DNA of 64,000 bases from assembly GCF_037042905.1 (NCBI RefSeq), contig NC_087252.1, positions 10,542,001 through 10,606,000 on the forward strand. Direction: 5' to 3'. A program made the position numbers and the translations under genes. The stretch comes from Lytechinus pictus. Taxonomy: Eukaryota. Numbering within the stretch: position 1 is the first letter of the stretch; each line of letters opens with the position of its first letter. Under the pieces are notes generated by a model. The model searched no databases. It had not been told where the DNA came from and saw only the letters and a list, made by a program, of their open reading frames with translations. Of the stretch, positions 26,101-39,900 are shown piece by piece.

Positions 26101-27887
26101 AAGAAATTCATGTTAGATCTTAACTCAAATCGTTAGGTGCGCAAACTTGGGGACCGCCATCATAATTTCGGTTGATTTTTAATTTAGTTCTATGTTGATG
26201 ATACATAATTGACCTTCCGCGAAGTTTGACAAACTGCCATAATATTATGAAGGGGAGCCCCATGTCTGCGCACTTAAAACTTTAACTTAAAATTAGACTC
26301 TAAACATGAATTTATTCTTATTCCACAATAATGTTAATGATGTTCCTTATATTCTTAGTAGATTAAGTGTGCCAAAATTTTCATGAAAATTTGAAAGTAT
26401 GCATGATTTTCTTGGAAAAACACTGGGACAGTCATTTTTTTTCAGGTTGAACAAAACTATGGTGCCCCACGTCACCAATTCACTTTACACACGATTCAAG
26501 GATTTTGACGAGAAAGGCTGCATTTTGAAGCCATCACATGAAATGCCCGAAATTCATTATTTTTCCACCATTTTGAGTCAGAATTTTAATAATGAATATC
26601 TGTCTATGTATTTTAGGTGTAAAGTTTGTGCTTGTTGCATATCTTTTATTATAATTAATAGAATCGCGCAGATACGCGTGTGCGCAGACAAGGGCACTGG
26701 ACAGACTTACCATATTAGATCTAAGAGTCAAGAAAGGGAAGGGTTGGAGAATTTCCATAGCCATTATATGATGGGGGACCTACATGTAAAGCTACGCACT
26801 TTGTATACAAACAATAAAACTACCTATACAGTAGATGGTAATTTTGATATTTGAACAAATTATCTTTCACCAATTTCAATTTGTGATAAATATTCTAAGG
26901 ATCCTTAACCAAGGAGAAAATATCACAAATCTCACTTTTTTTATTAGACCCCTAATGTTAGATCAAGTCTTCCTCAGGTTATGGTTCGTGTACGCTAGTG
27001 AATTTATAGCGTATGAAGAAGAGAAGGAGAAGAAGCAGAAGAGAATTTCAAGCAGGAGAAAGTGAGAGGGAATGATGAATGAAGGAAGGAGGAGGAAATA
27101 AAGAAAAGGAGGAGCAGAAGAAGAATGAGAAAAGATGAAAAGAAACTGAGAATAATTATTAGGAAATGATAAAAGGAAAAGTTTAAGGAGAATTTAATGA
27201 CAAGTTGGAGGAGAGGGAATAAAAAATGAAAACTGAGAGAAGTACATGTAGTCAGGAGAAGAAGTACATGTATATGAATATGGAGAAACAGAATGATAAT
27301 CATGAAGAAGGGAAGAAAGGAAGGAGGATGAAATAGAAAAGGAGAAGATAGAATAAAGAGGGGAAGAAAAAGAAGGAAATTTAAATGGAGAAGGGGGACA
27401 AGTAGGAAATGAAGGAGGAGGAAATAAGACAAGGGAAAGAGACAAAAAATACAAATGAGAGGAGGAAGAAGAGAAAGAAGGAAGGAGAAGAAGCAGAAAT
27501 AGAAGAAGACGAGTTAATGGAGAAGAGAATAGGACGAGATGGAATAGGAGGAAGGGATTGAAGAGAAGTATGAGAGTGAGGAGAAACAAAATAAGTAGGA
27601 GAAGCTGGAGAATTGTTGAGATAAATGAAAAAGAAAACATAGAAAAAAAATAAAGAAAAAAATAGAAAGAATGAGGAGGTGGGGGGAAGGGAGGAAAAAA
27701 TAATATTCGTGAAGGACATGGTAGAGGAGTAGGAGAGATAAAGAATAAAAGTGAACAAAAAAAAAGAATAGTCTGGAGCAGTGGGGATGGTAATGAGAAA
27801 AATAGAATAGTAATTGTAGAAAGAAGTAGGAAATGAAAGAATAACTGAAGGAGAAGAGTAGAAGAAGGAGGAGAAGAAGAAGAAGAA

Positions 27888-27919
<32 letters not shown>

Positions 27920-30900
27920 ATAAGAGGAAAAGAAGAAGAAAATAAGAAGGGAAGGAGAAAGAGAAGGAGGAGGAATAATAGGAGAGATAAGAAATAAAAA
28001 TGAATAGAAGAAAAGTATGAAGCAGTAGAAGAAGAAGAAGGGGGAGGAAGGAGAAGAAGGAGGAAGAGGAGACGAAGACAAGAATGAAAGAAGAACAAGT
28101 AGAAGAAGGAGGTTCAGAGGAAGAAGGAGAAGAAAAAGGGGAGATAATGAAGTAGAAGGAGGAGTGGGGGGGAATAAGACAAAGAGGAAGAAAGGAGAAG
28201 GAAATGAAAAAAAAAAACATACAAAAGCTGAAGGAGAAGAAGTAGAAGAAAGAGGAGGAAGAAGAAGGTTAGAAAATGATGGAGTACAGGGGGGAAAGAA
28301 GGGAAGGAAGAAACTAATAACTTAGGAAGAAGGCGAACAAGAAGAAAATAAAAAAAAAGGCAGAGGTGGAAAAGAAGAAGAGGAGAAAAAAAGAATGTGA
28401 GAAACATAAGGAGCAAAGTGGAGAAGCAGAAGGACAAATAAGGAGAAAATGAAAGGAGAGGAGGAGAGGCAAAAACTTGAAGGGGGAAAAGGTCTCCTGG
28501 AGAGAGAGGTCATGTTAAATTTTGGCACGTAAAAATGAAGCTGAAAAGAAAATTGCAGAACAGGACACTTTGAGAGAAGGGAAAAGGAAAAATTTTGTTT
28601 CAAAGCCCCCAGATAAAATAAATTTAACCAAGATTGTATTTCCCCTTTCATTTCCTGCCAAACGTTATCACAAGTCAGCCTTACTGAATGTATCATATAT
28701 CTTTGGGATTAAGTATGTCTGCATGAAGATTAAATTTGGGTTGTCATCGAAACATGAAACTCGTCAAATTGCCAAGAAACAAGTTCATGTCAGTCAGTGG
28801 TTAAGGTTTCAGTATGCTTGCCAGAAATTATTTCCAACAAATAGATACATGGACATTATATGTCAGGGAAGATTAGAAATTGATGCTTAAGTATACATCA
28901 TACATTTCGTCAATGAAAATTTTTAGAATTACAATAGGGAAAGAAGTTAATTTGATTTATTTGCTTGTAGTTTAATAGTGAAATCATGAATTGCAGTATG
29001 GTGTGGTGAATGATTCTGAACTACTTGTTTTTCCAGATTCAAATTGTTGATGAGATCACAGGATAAAAAGCAGAGTGATAGAAATCAGAGAATTAATATA
29101 TTCTCAATAATTAATTGTTAAAGCACAACATTCTTAAAATTGTCATCAGTCACCAGTTTAACATCAAGGAAAGTAAAAACAAACTATGAAAATTGTATGT
29201 AAAAAGTTCAGCCCAGAACAAAAGTTGTACATGGAAGTTAAGTGAATATGAAAGTAAAGCAGTATGAACTAGTGCATCACTTTAAAAGAAGTGATATCAG
29301 CAATCTGATCATAATATATCATGTTCCTAATCATCAGAAATTATGAGAAATTTGTGTAAAAATAATGATTTTGATATTTTAACTACATGTGTATGTATGT
29401 TGTCTATTTAAAATATTTTAATGCCTGTTTTTATTTGACTTTTTTAAATCATTGAATGAACAATTCTGATGCATTGAAAATGGATTCAGTATTTTTTCAA
29501 ATTTTCTTTCATACACCTTTTAATTAAACAGGCAACTGCATGAAATGCTATTTCACCAAAGCACAAAATATACTTTGTTTCAAATATGTCCAGGATGGAC
29601 AACAGAAGAAAAGAGACAACATGATTTTGATTAGACTTGTAAGAAATCAATAAAAACCAGTATTCATATTTTTCTGTTTTCTTTTTTTTTTCTGCATCTT
29701 AGAGCAAGGAATTGATCCAGCAGATATTGGAGCAAGACATGAAGATCGTTACTACAACAACAAAGCCTATCAGGTCAGTAAAAATACTTTTTTGGATTGG
29801 AAGGGGTGGTGATTATCGTCTTCTCTACAAGTACAGGCCTCTGTTTGGCGTATTGTCGGACTGTTATTAAGGAGTGTACAATGGGAGTGTACAATAGGAA
29901 ATGTCGAAGCTTTTATCAGGGGCCCCGTTTCATAAAGAGTTCCAACTGTTGTAATATTGCCATTATGACAACTACCATGGTCACCTTGATTTTGATTGGC
30001 TGCTGAGCCCTGTTGCCATGGTAGTTGCCATAATGGAAAAGTTACAACAGTTGGAACTTTTTATGAAACGGGGCCCCATATTAGAGTGTCTAACATAACA
30101 AGATTTGAAAGTTTTAAGTACATATACTGTATGTTAACACTTCTGAAATGCACGTATGTCTCCAGAAATGTATTCAAATATTTGAATATGCAAAAGGTGT
30201 AGAATGATGTACAAAAGGCTAGTTTGTTTTCATTATCAAGACCCTAATTTCATTTTTTCCCATTATCTTCATATGACATTATACAGAATGGTAATGTTGG
30301 TGACGTCAGTGACCCTCAGCAGCAAGAAGCCGCTGTCAAAATACAATCAGCCGTCAGAGGTCATCAGTCGCGAGAATCATCGCGACCCGAGCCCGAAGCG
30401 AAACCGTCACAAGAAGATGCGGCGGTCACAATCCAGGCTGCGTATCGGGGGTATGAGGCTCGAAAGCGCGTTCACGCTTTGAAGTGCGTCTAACACTGTT
30501 TGGTTTGATTTTCTCTATCTAAATTCTAATCTGTATTTTATCCGGGGGCCGCTTCATACAGCTTTTCATAAGCTACAAATGACTTTCAACTCTGCGACGG
30601 CTGGTGATCCTTTCTTTTCTTGTTTTAAATGAGATGCATGATGATTCCCCATTTTAAAGGGAAGGTCCAGGTTGAAGATATTTATATCTCGTTAAAAAAA
30701 GAGTAAAATTCACAGAGCAAAATGTAGAAAATTTGATCAAAATTGGATAACAAATAAAAAAGTTATTGAATTTTAAAGATTTGCATTATTGCAGTGAAAC
30801 AGTTCTAGGCATGACTTCATGAATATTCATTAGGTGGGCTGATGATGTCATACCCCCACTTGTTCTTTTGTATTTTATTATATGAAATTATGAACTTTGC

Positions 30901-33900
30901 ATTGAAATGCATTTTAGCAACAAAGATTTTAATAGCCTATAAAAAATGAAATTCAAATTTAAAAGCTGGTGAGAAAACAGATTATTCAGAATCTGTTTTG
31001 CCGCAAAAAAAAGGATCACAAGTTGCTCATAAAGTCATTTGTATCTTACAAACAGCTTTATGAAACACCCCAAGGAAGAATCAAGCAAAGTTCTGAAGTG
31101 AGGTACTATTATACGGTATAGGGGTGTTCTAAAACTACATCCATGTAGTAATCAATCTCAAGTCATTCCAATTATTCAGAAAATTTGCTGTTAATTTAAA
31201 GTTTGAAATTGAAAAATCCTGAAGTCATATTTAAGAATTATGATTGATTTGTCAATTGCAAATTTTCATTTTATTTCAAAATTGAAACATTCCACATGTC
31301 CCAATGTCCAGGGCCTCCTTTCATAAAGACTTGCAACTATTTTCTGTGATTTGTAATGGAAAACCTTCAGAACTTTGCTTTTTTTCCCCCAACCTTTTTA
31401 ACCTATATATTAAAGGAATTCATGTTGATCAACATTTATGCTCCAGTCATACTAGTATAAACGACAACAGATCGTCCATAGCTAATACTTAAAGGTCAAG
31501 TCCACCCTAGAAAAATGTTTATATGAATAAATAAGAGAAAATCACACTAGCATAACACTAAGAATTTCAAATAGGAAATCTCCAATGACATACAATCAGC
31601 TGGTTTTTAGTTGGTCACATGGGTGTGACTGAGTAGAAGGCTTTAATTGAATATTGAGGAAAAAAATTAACTGAGCACAGATCAAAATGGGATTTTTTTT
31701 TTTAAAGGGGCTAGATTCTTGTTCAAGGATATAATTTATGGAAGTTGGAATATATTTTTTTTTAATACCAGTTTGGTTTGCATGGTTCATCGTCATTTGC
31801 ATGCAATTGCTGCTGATTTCCTTAATTAGCACCCTCCCATTGTTTTAGACTGAGCTTTTGATATATTACAACATCATTTCCAGGTTGCATTAAGTCGAGA
31901 TGACTTGTTTTCTCTTCATTTTTTGCCTGTTACCCCTGCAGTTTGATTTGAGTTTAGCACTGTTTTTTTTTTTTGGTTGCACTATTATAGTTTAGATTAT
32001 GCACGATTTATTTGCATGCATCACATTTTGGCATGTTTATTTCCCTTATTTTTTCACCTTGTTTTATTGCATTGTTTTAATTTTCACTTGTGAGTTTTTC
32101 TTTTAGTTTAAAGGTTGATTTTTAAGTTTTAATGTATTCACAGTTCATAAACAACAACAACAAAATAAGTGTTTTTCCTACACTCTCTTCAGCAGACAGA
32201 TTTTTGTCTCCAGTATTTTCTTTTTCTAGGTCTCATTTGACCACAGAAGACGGGGAGGTAGAAACATGTGAATTTAATTGGTTAGAATTCAGGTCACATT
32301 TTATTTTTCAGTGGCATTTGATTATAAAGAAGTTTGATCACAACAATAAAACCCCCATATATTGTATAATTGCAATTGATGAATTAAATGTGCAAGAAAC
32401 GTAGGCTGCATTTCCCAAAGACAAAGACAACTATGGTAACTTTGATATTATCTGGGGCTCAGTTGCCAATCACAAGTAAGGTTTCCAGGGAAGTTTCAGT
32501 TATGGCATATGGGCCGAGCTCTTTCTGAGATTTTAGACGCAATTATATTGTGATATGCCTATCTATTGATCAGAACTTTTTTTTCTTCAAACTCTACATG
32601 TACATGAGTGAGGAAGAAGTTCTGTGGACTGTAAATATACTTTTACGTCATTACCATAATTTGGTCTTATATCTTTTTGTTTTCATGGACAAGCTTCATT
32701 TCAAATTCCATTTTTTTTTTCTCCAGGGAGGGTGAGGCAGCTGCAACAACAGAGGGCGGTACGCAAGAGCCTGCAGCGGCGGCTCCTGAGCAGCCACAGG
32801 AAGAGGAAGTTGACATTGACCTCAACGACCCAGAGGTCGAGAAAGCCGCCATCAAAATCCAATCCTCGTTTAAAGGTTTCAAGACGAGAAGAGACATGTC
32901 AGCCAAAAAATCAGAAACATCAGTGGTAAGGACTGCTTTTCTTCTGCAAACTGAGAAAAATATAATCAATTTCATTAATACCTGGAATCAGAAAATTCTT
33001 TTCTACATGTACAAACCTATGTAGTCACAATCCTGACACATTATGATGTCACGTAATTCAGGCTGTTAAGAATCTCAATAAAGCCTTTTGTTGAAACCTG
33101 TTAATTTGGGTTTATCTTTATGAACAAAATACTTGGCTGCTAATCGGTGAATATGCATAAAATTTACAATGTTGTACTCTGTAGCTTATGTAGTTCCCAT
33201 TTGTCGATTTCACTTTTAGCTCTGGTCTGGGTCTTTAAAGGAAATATACATGTACAGGCATGTCATGGATGTAAAGATATAAAATGTGAATTTTCAGCAA
33301 CTTTTGAGGAAGTTTTTTTTTTTTGCTACATGTAGTTAACCCTAACTGCTCATTTAGTAAAAATTGTTAAAAATGTTTCTCAATATAAACCCAATGTCTC
33401 AAGCCTATTACAAATATACATTAAGATGAAGATACATATGCACAAGTATACATTGACTTTGAAATAGCACCATTCAATATTTAACTGCATCTCTCACTGT
33501 TAACTCCATCATGGAATCTTTAACATGAAAGAATCAGAAGCAAAAGTTTTGATTTCTTTGAAAAATGATCCAGAATTATTGGCAAGCATGCTCTCAAAAG
33601 AAAACGTGCTCACTCCCTATTAAACAGGAAATTAGATTTGTGGTTTTGATTTCAAGAAAAAAAATTATCAAAATTCTACCTGAATTATATTAGGCTGGTG
33701 CAAGGGCACAGAGGGACCATAAAAAGCAGGAAAAGGGGGGGAAACAGACCTACATCTATAGCTATAGTCTGCTAATAGCACAGGGGGTATTAGGTCTGTA
33801 AAGTTTTCTATCATTTCATTTTGGTTTGGGGAAAGAAAGGGGAAAGAGAAAAGAAAAATGTTTTGGGAAAAGATGGTTTGAAACTCTAATTGGCATAGAA

Positions 33901-36900
33901 ATAGAAACCGGTGTACTTTAATACTATAAAGGAAATGGCTGTCTGGGAGGCTTAAAGGCAATTATGCTGAATTAAATATGGTCTAAAAGTAGATTTAATA
34001 TGAGTACTTGTGGTTTGTTTTTTTGGACACAGTATATAATTCAGTGTGCACTCCTCCATGCTTGTTTTCCTACAAGATGCAAATTAGAAATGAATGACTT
34101 TGAACAATGAATTAGAGTATGGGGGACTATTAGATTAATCTCTATTTCAGTAAATGCTTTTTAAAAATGTAACAAAAGATATTGTGATTAAAATAAGAAT
34201 GAATGGATTATAAAAAATACAAATAAAAAAAAAATTACCTAAATTTAAGACTTCAGTAATATGTAAAATATAAGTAAATAAAAGAATTTTATAAAAAGTC
34301 AAGCAAATATTGAAATTAATGGATTAATTTCTAGGTAGATTAATAGATAAATGAGTAGTAGGTGAAACATTCTTTATAAAAACAGAATTAAACAAATAAT
34401 GCAAAGATAAATGTAATTTACAAATACTAGTATATTTCAATAAAAATAGAACCAAATGAAAAATCTCATTAGTGTCCCCAAAATAAGTATACGTATATTC
34501 CCACTGAAAAAAAATTAGGAAGTTATTCTTAATCTTGGAGCAACACACTGCAGCCATTTGGAATGATGCAATTTCTAATTAGACCCGAATGGGATTGCTT
34601 TACCACAAACTAAATTAGCACAATTTAATTTTCTTGAAGGAAAATTTCAAGGTGTTGAGGCTTACAACTGAGCAACACACTATATTTTTCATTAGAATGG
34701 AAAACAAAATTGGGTGAGACTGGATGTGACTTCCAGGTATTTTGCTTGTAACCATGGCAACCTGAAGATGTCACAAGATAATTCAAACTCATTATGCCTT
34801 GCTCATATTAATTCACCTTGGTGTTGAGGAGTGTTTTTTGCTGATATAAAATGTCACAGTCATTTAGCAGTGAAACATGTGTAAGCTATTTTTGTGGAAA
34901 CATAAAAAGCTAATCAAATATCACTGCTGGGGGTGTCATTACCTCATACATGTAAAGTTTTTGAGGACGACTAAAAAAAGCTTGATTTTAAAGTTTTGAC
35001 ATGGGAACCAACCTTCTTTTGCATAGAAAGAGTTCTCTATCTAATTAGGAGACTGTTTTCAGATGATGTGTAATTACCACAATTTTTATATTTCTATAAT
35101 ACAGCTTTTTCTGACTTGCCTTCAATTATTTTTTAATAATGAGAAAAAAGGTTTTCACAAAATCTTACCGATGAAATAATGCCTCAAATGGGTAAAGCAC
35201 TTCTGTGGAAAAGTAATACATGGGTATCTACGAACCATTTCCATCATTCGTGAATGGCTTGATTATCAGGTTTTTGAAGACGAAACACATATTGTAGGGA
35301 GAAATTCATTGAAAATGAGATTCACACACTAATTGCACATAAATTTTATAGGTAAACATAGTTCTATAGTTCTTTGTTTCAGGAATAGCAGTCTTTACTT
35401 GTGCTTTGCATTTCAATATTATTATTTATTATTTAATACTGTTTGTATATTAACCAAGTAGAAGAGGGGAGGATTTCATGGAACAGTCAGTCAGTGATTT
35501 TTCACTGATGACTGTTATAAGCTACTGAAATCCGTACATCTGATTGGCTGAGAACAAAGTAAATCTCTGACGATATGCCTCATAAAACACTCCCCATTTG
35601 TATGGTGAATCATTCCAGGATGTGAGCAGCTCAAGATGATTTCTTGCACCTTCATCTATTTAAAGATTTCTCCAGCCAAATGAAAATGTTTCGGGGCTGA
35701 ATATGAATCAGACTATACACTGGAGGCATATGTCCTCAACACTGTATAGCCTGTTCTTTTTTTATTACCGATCAGCTCTTATTGCTATTTTTGGAAAATA
35801 AATTTTGGAATAATTAGCTGTGTCATGGATTAATCTTTTATGATTGATTATGAACCAAGTTTGCATTAATTTAAGTAAAAAAAACCCATCAAAACAAGTA
35901 GTCCATCTGGACATAAGACTACGTGACAGACCAAGTATGGCGCAAATATTCACTGCTGAATGATACATGTACACTGTACATGCCGTACATGTATACGGTA
36001 TAAAAACAACAAGTGAACATTACAGGAACTGAAGATTAAGTGATGGTTGGACCAAACAGTAATTAGACCAAATTTATCGTAGTCCCAAGTGGTTTAGCCA
36101 TGGTGATATTAGAACTGGTGTACAAATGGGGGCATAGCCCCCTCAAAAAGTTTCAGGACCAAGAAAAAGAAAGGAAGAAAGGAAAGAAAATGAAAAGAAA
36201 AGAGTGAAAGATGATACTATTTCCTGAATATCCTAAATTTATGAAAAATTACATTTTTGTTTTGAAAAGCTTGAATATTACTTGATTTGCTTGCATATTT
36301 TTAGTATTTTTCCTCCATCTGCAATATCTGGCACCTTCCAAATTTTCAGCTCATCACGCCACTGATTTTTGCATAATACAGTTCGTGGTCTCTTAAGACT
36401 TATCATGGGAAAAGAAAGAGGGCCAACCTCCTCTAAATATTGTGATTCTTGATGATTTATGATAAAAACATAGATATAAAAAAGAAATTTGTTAGGAAGG
36501 ATTGGACTATATCTTATAGGTTGATATGTAAAATATTATACATCTGATTCCCCTACAGGCGGGAGAGACGACGGAACAGGCAGAACCGAGCCAACAAGAA
36601 GCAGAAAAACCAACGGAAGAAACGTCACAAGCGGAGCAAGCTCCTGCAGAAGCTTCAACGACAGAGGCTCCATCGGGAGATGCTCCAGCGGCTCCAGCTC
36701 AGGAGGAGGAGGAGGTGGATATTGACCTGGAGGATCCAGAGGTGGAGAAGGCAGCTATCAAGATCCAGGCTGGCTTCAAGGGTATGATGGTTAGGAAAGG
36801 AAAGAAAGAAGGAGCGAAGGAGGGGGAGGAGATGCCAGCAAGTGAGACCCCGGCTCAAGCTGCAGAAGGAGAAACCCAAGCAGAAGCCCAAGCAGAAGAA

Positions 36901-39900
36901 GCAGTATGCATTATTTTTACTTTTTTTTACAGCTTTATTCAAAGTCCACATAATATTTCATTTGTATTATTTTGACAGAGCTGTCTTATCAGAAGATATG
37001 ATCCCAGTCTATCTGGGGCTCTGTTTAATACAAAAATAGAATATGAAGAAACATTAGTATCTTGGTTTTTGATTTATTAGCCAAAAGTTAATCACATGAC
37101 TTTTTATGAAAAAAAAAAGGAAATAAATATATAATAAATTCTGATAGGATGCATTTTGAACAATTATGGTTTTCAATCTATTAACCCTATTTTTGGCATA
37201 CATGTTTAACAAGTGATTTTTTTTAATTATCTTTTTTCTTTATCCTTTTCTTTTAGGCTGCAGAAGCAGCACAAGAAGAAGCTCCTGCACCCGAGGAATT
37301 GAAGAAAGAGGAAGAAGAGGAGGTCGACATCGATCTCAACGACCCCCAGGTCCAAGATGCAGCAGTCAAGATCCAAGCTGGCTTCAAGGTACTGAAGTCT
37401 ATTTTTTCAGCAGGTGTTTCTGCATTTGTTGATAAATGATAGTTACAAGTTCACAATAATATTAGAAGAAAAAATATACAGAATTATTGGTCAAATTACA
37501 AACGTGACATTTACATATTAATAAGAGATAAGACATAATTAATATAAGCAAACACAAATAAAATTGTTTGCAGTGGCCAGCTATTGTAAGCGAAAAAGCT
37601 TGAATAAATAGCAGCCAGAAATGTAAGTTGTTGAGGATTCAATTTCAAACTTGTCACATGTTTGCTAATGGGATGCTGATCTGAATATAAATCTGAACTA
37701 AACTACAGAAGTATTCAGATCAGTTGTATGGGATAACAATCGTCTGAGTAGATTTCGTGGTCATTAGGCAACAGAGGTCATTGAATTAAATTCTTTATTC
37801 CCACAATAATTGAGGAACCGTTTGATGGACCATCTTCAATCTAGGTTCATGAATGCATATTGGAAAGAAAATGATCTGATAAGATTTGAAATCATGAGGT
37901 AGAAGGTCACGATGGTTGCTAAATACGTTTTCTGCCATCCCAAAACTACCAATAAGTCGCCCAAAATGAATTGTAAGATTTTGTTGGAATTGAAAGAGCA
38001 TTTAAAATGATAACTTGTAAAAGTTGATAAAGTAAACTCCTGTATCTTGGTTTTTAGTTATACAACTTCATATTTTGACAGGAGAAGAAGAATGATTCTT
38101 TCAGACAAGCTAATTTTTTTCATTTTTACTTTCTGAAGACAAAAAGAAACATTTATTGTTTCTTTCAGAGAATCTTCCCTGGCTGCTTATTTTTGGTTTG
38201 GTGTGGCTGGTGGTCACATCCGTACCTGAAAATATCACATTTTGGGGATTTTGGGGATTATTGAAGAACCGTTTAAAGTATCAATTTCAAACTTGGTTCT
38301 TGTATGCTATGTGAGTGAGGATGAGCTGAGTAGCTTTTAGGATCACAAGGGCAAAGGTCGCAGACGTCATTAGTTGAGAATTTTTCGGCCTTAACTAGAT
38401 ATAAAAAATATTCTTGGACTGGCAATGCAAAGGAATAAATTTCATCTGCACACTGTCGAGAATCCATCTAGTTTGGAGAAAATTTTGGGGCCAAAGTTTC
38501 TTGATAATGCTTGAAGTTGATATGACTTAAGTTCAGCGATCCTTTATTTGTTTTTCTCTGCAATGACTTTCTCCACTTCCAGGGTATGAAGGTGAGGAAG
38601 CAAATGAAGGAGGGGAAGAGCGAGGCAGGGGATGAAGAACCCCCAACAGAAGGTGATGCACCACAAGAAGTTGCTGCAGAACCAGCAGCCACAGAAGATG
38701 CACCACAGGAGGGAGAGCAGGCACCGGCTGCAGATGGAGAAGCACCAGCAGAGGCTGAAGCTGGTCAGGCCGAGGAGGCGCCCACGGCGGAGGGGGACGC
38801 CCCTGAAGCCGAGGCAGCGCAGCAGGAAGAGGCAGCTACACAAGGAGAGGCTGCACCGGCAGAAGAGACACCGCCAGCAGAGCAGGAGGCTCCAAAGGAG
38901 GAGGAAGCTGCACCAGCTGAAGGAGAAGCAGCGCCTGCTGAAGGAGAAGAGGCAGCACCAGCAGAGCAGGCGGAGGCACCAGCAGAGGTAAGGATCGTTG
39001 AATATTTTGAAAATGATGAAAATTTATGTAACATGCCTTTCTTCAGTGAAAAGATGTCTGGTGGAAAGACTGCATTATTGAGACAACAAAGTTGAGCTTG
39101 TATAATATCTATGCAAGTGCCCTTTTACATAAAACCTTACCGTTAGTGTCAACTTGTCCATACATGAATGGCAATTCAAGATATTGAAAGTTTAATAGAC
39201 GTTATTGCTGACGGCAAACTTTCAAAAGATCAATGGTTTCTGTAACAGGGTCAGCTAATCATCTTGAATGTCATCTTGAAATATATGCAGGAATAAGTCT
39301 TTTGACCATTCTCAATTGTATTTGGTTCAACTAACAAAATATTACACTTACCAATAAAACTCACTTTTACATGAAATTGCAAAGATGTTTTGAATCAGTG
39401 GTATGAAAATTATCTTTTATGCAGATTTCATTTAATACACATATTTTAGCATGTACATGTATATTGAGGAAGAGTTTAATAATTTGATGATGTGATAAAC
39501 AGCATACATCATTCACTTTTGATATCTAGATTACCGCATTTATTATCTCACTCTTTGTAAAAGATTGGTCTACTGTTTATGTTTACATCAAAAGTCTTCT
39601 CATTAATGCTATAACCTTAGTAACAAGTATGAATAATGTTTAGACCCTTTTTTGATATTCACACTGAAAATTAGTGAATGAAGTCTGCACAAACCATGAT
39701 TACGAAGCATTGATTCAGTACCACCTCTTCGAATTTGAGCCCTTAATTTGGGACTAACAAAACTTGTAATCTGATCTAAATACTGCAATCCACATCTCTT
39801 GTTTTTACAGGATACAGCATAAAAACAAACTCATATTAAAGCAAGGTAGGATTGGTGTGATGTGACTCAATTCTCTTCATTGCACACACTAAAGTACATC

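Noticed and set aside
27004..28696. Long minus-strand F/L/S-rich ORFs (up to 295 aa) that look like membrane proteins
   Set aside because: Artefacts of the purine-rich low-complexity tract; several frames are open at once.
38468..39034. Antisense and alternative-frame ORFs over SPA17 exon 7 (likewise over 43212-44500)
   Set aside because: Shadow ORFs of repetitive GC-richer coding sequence.
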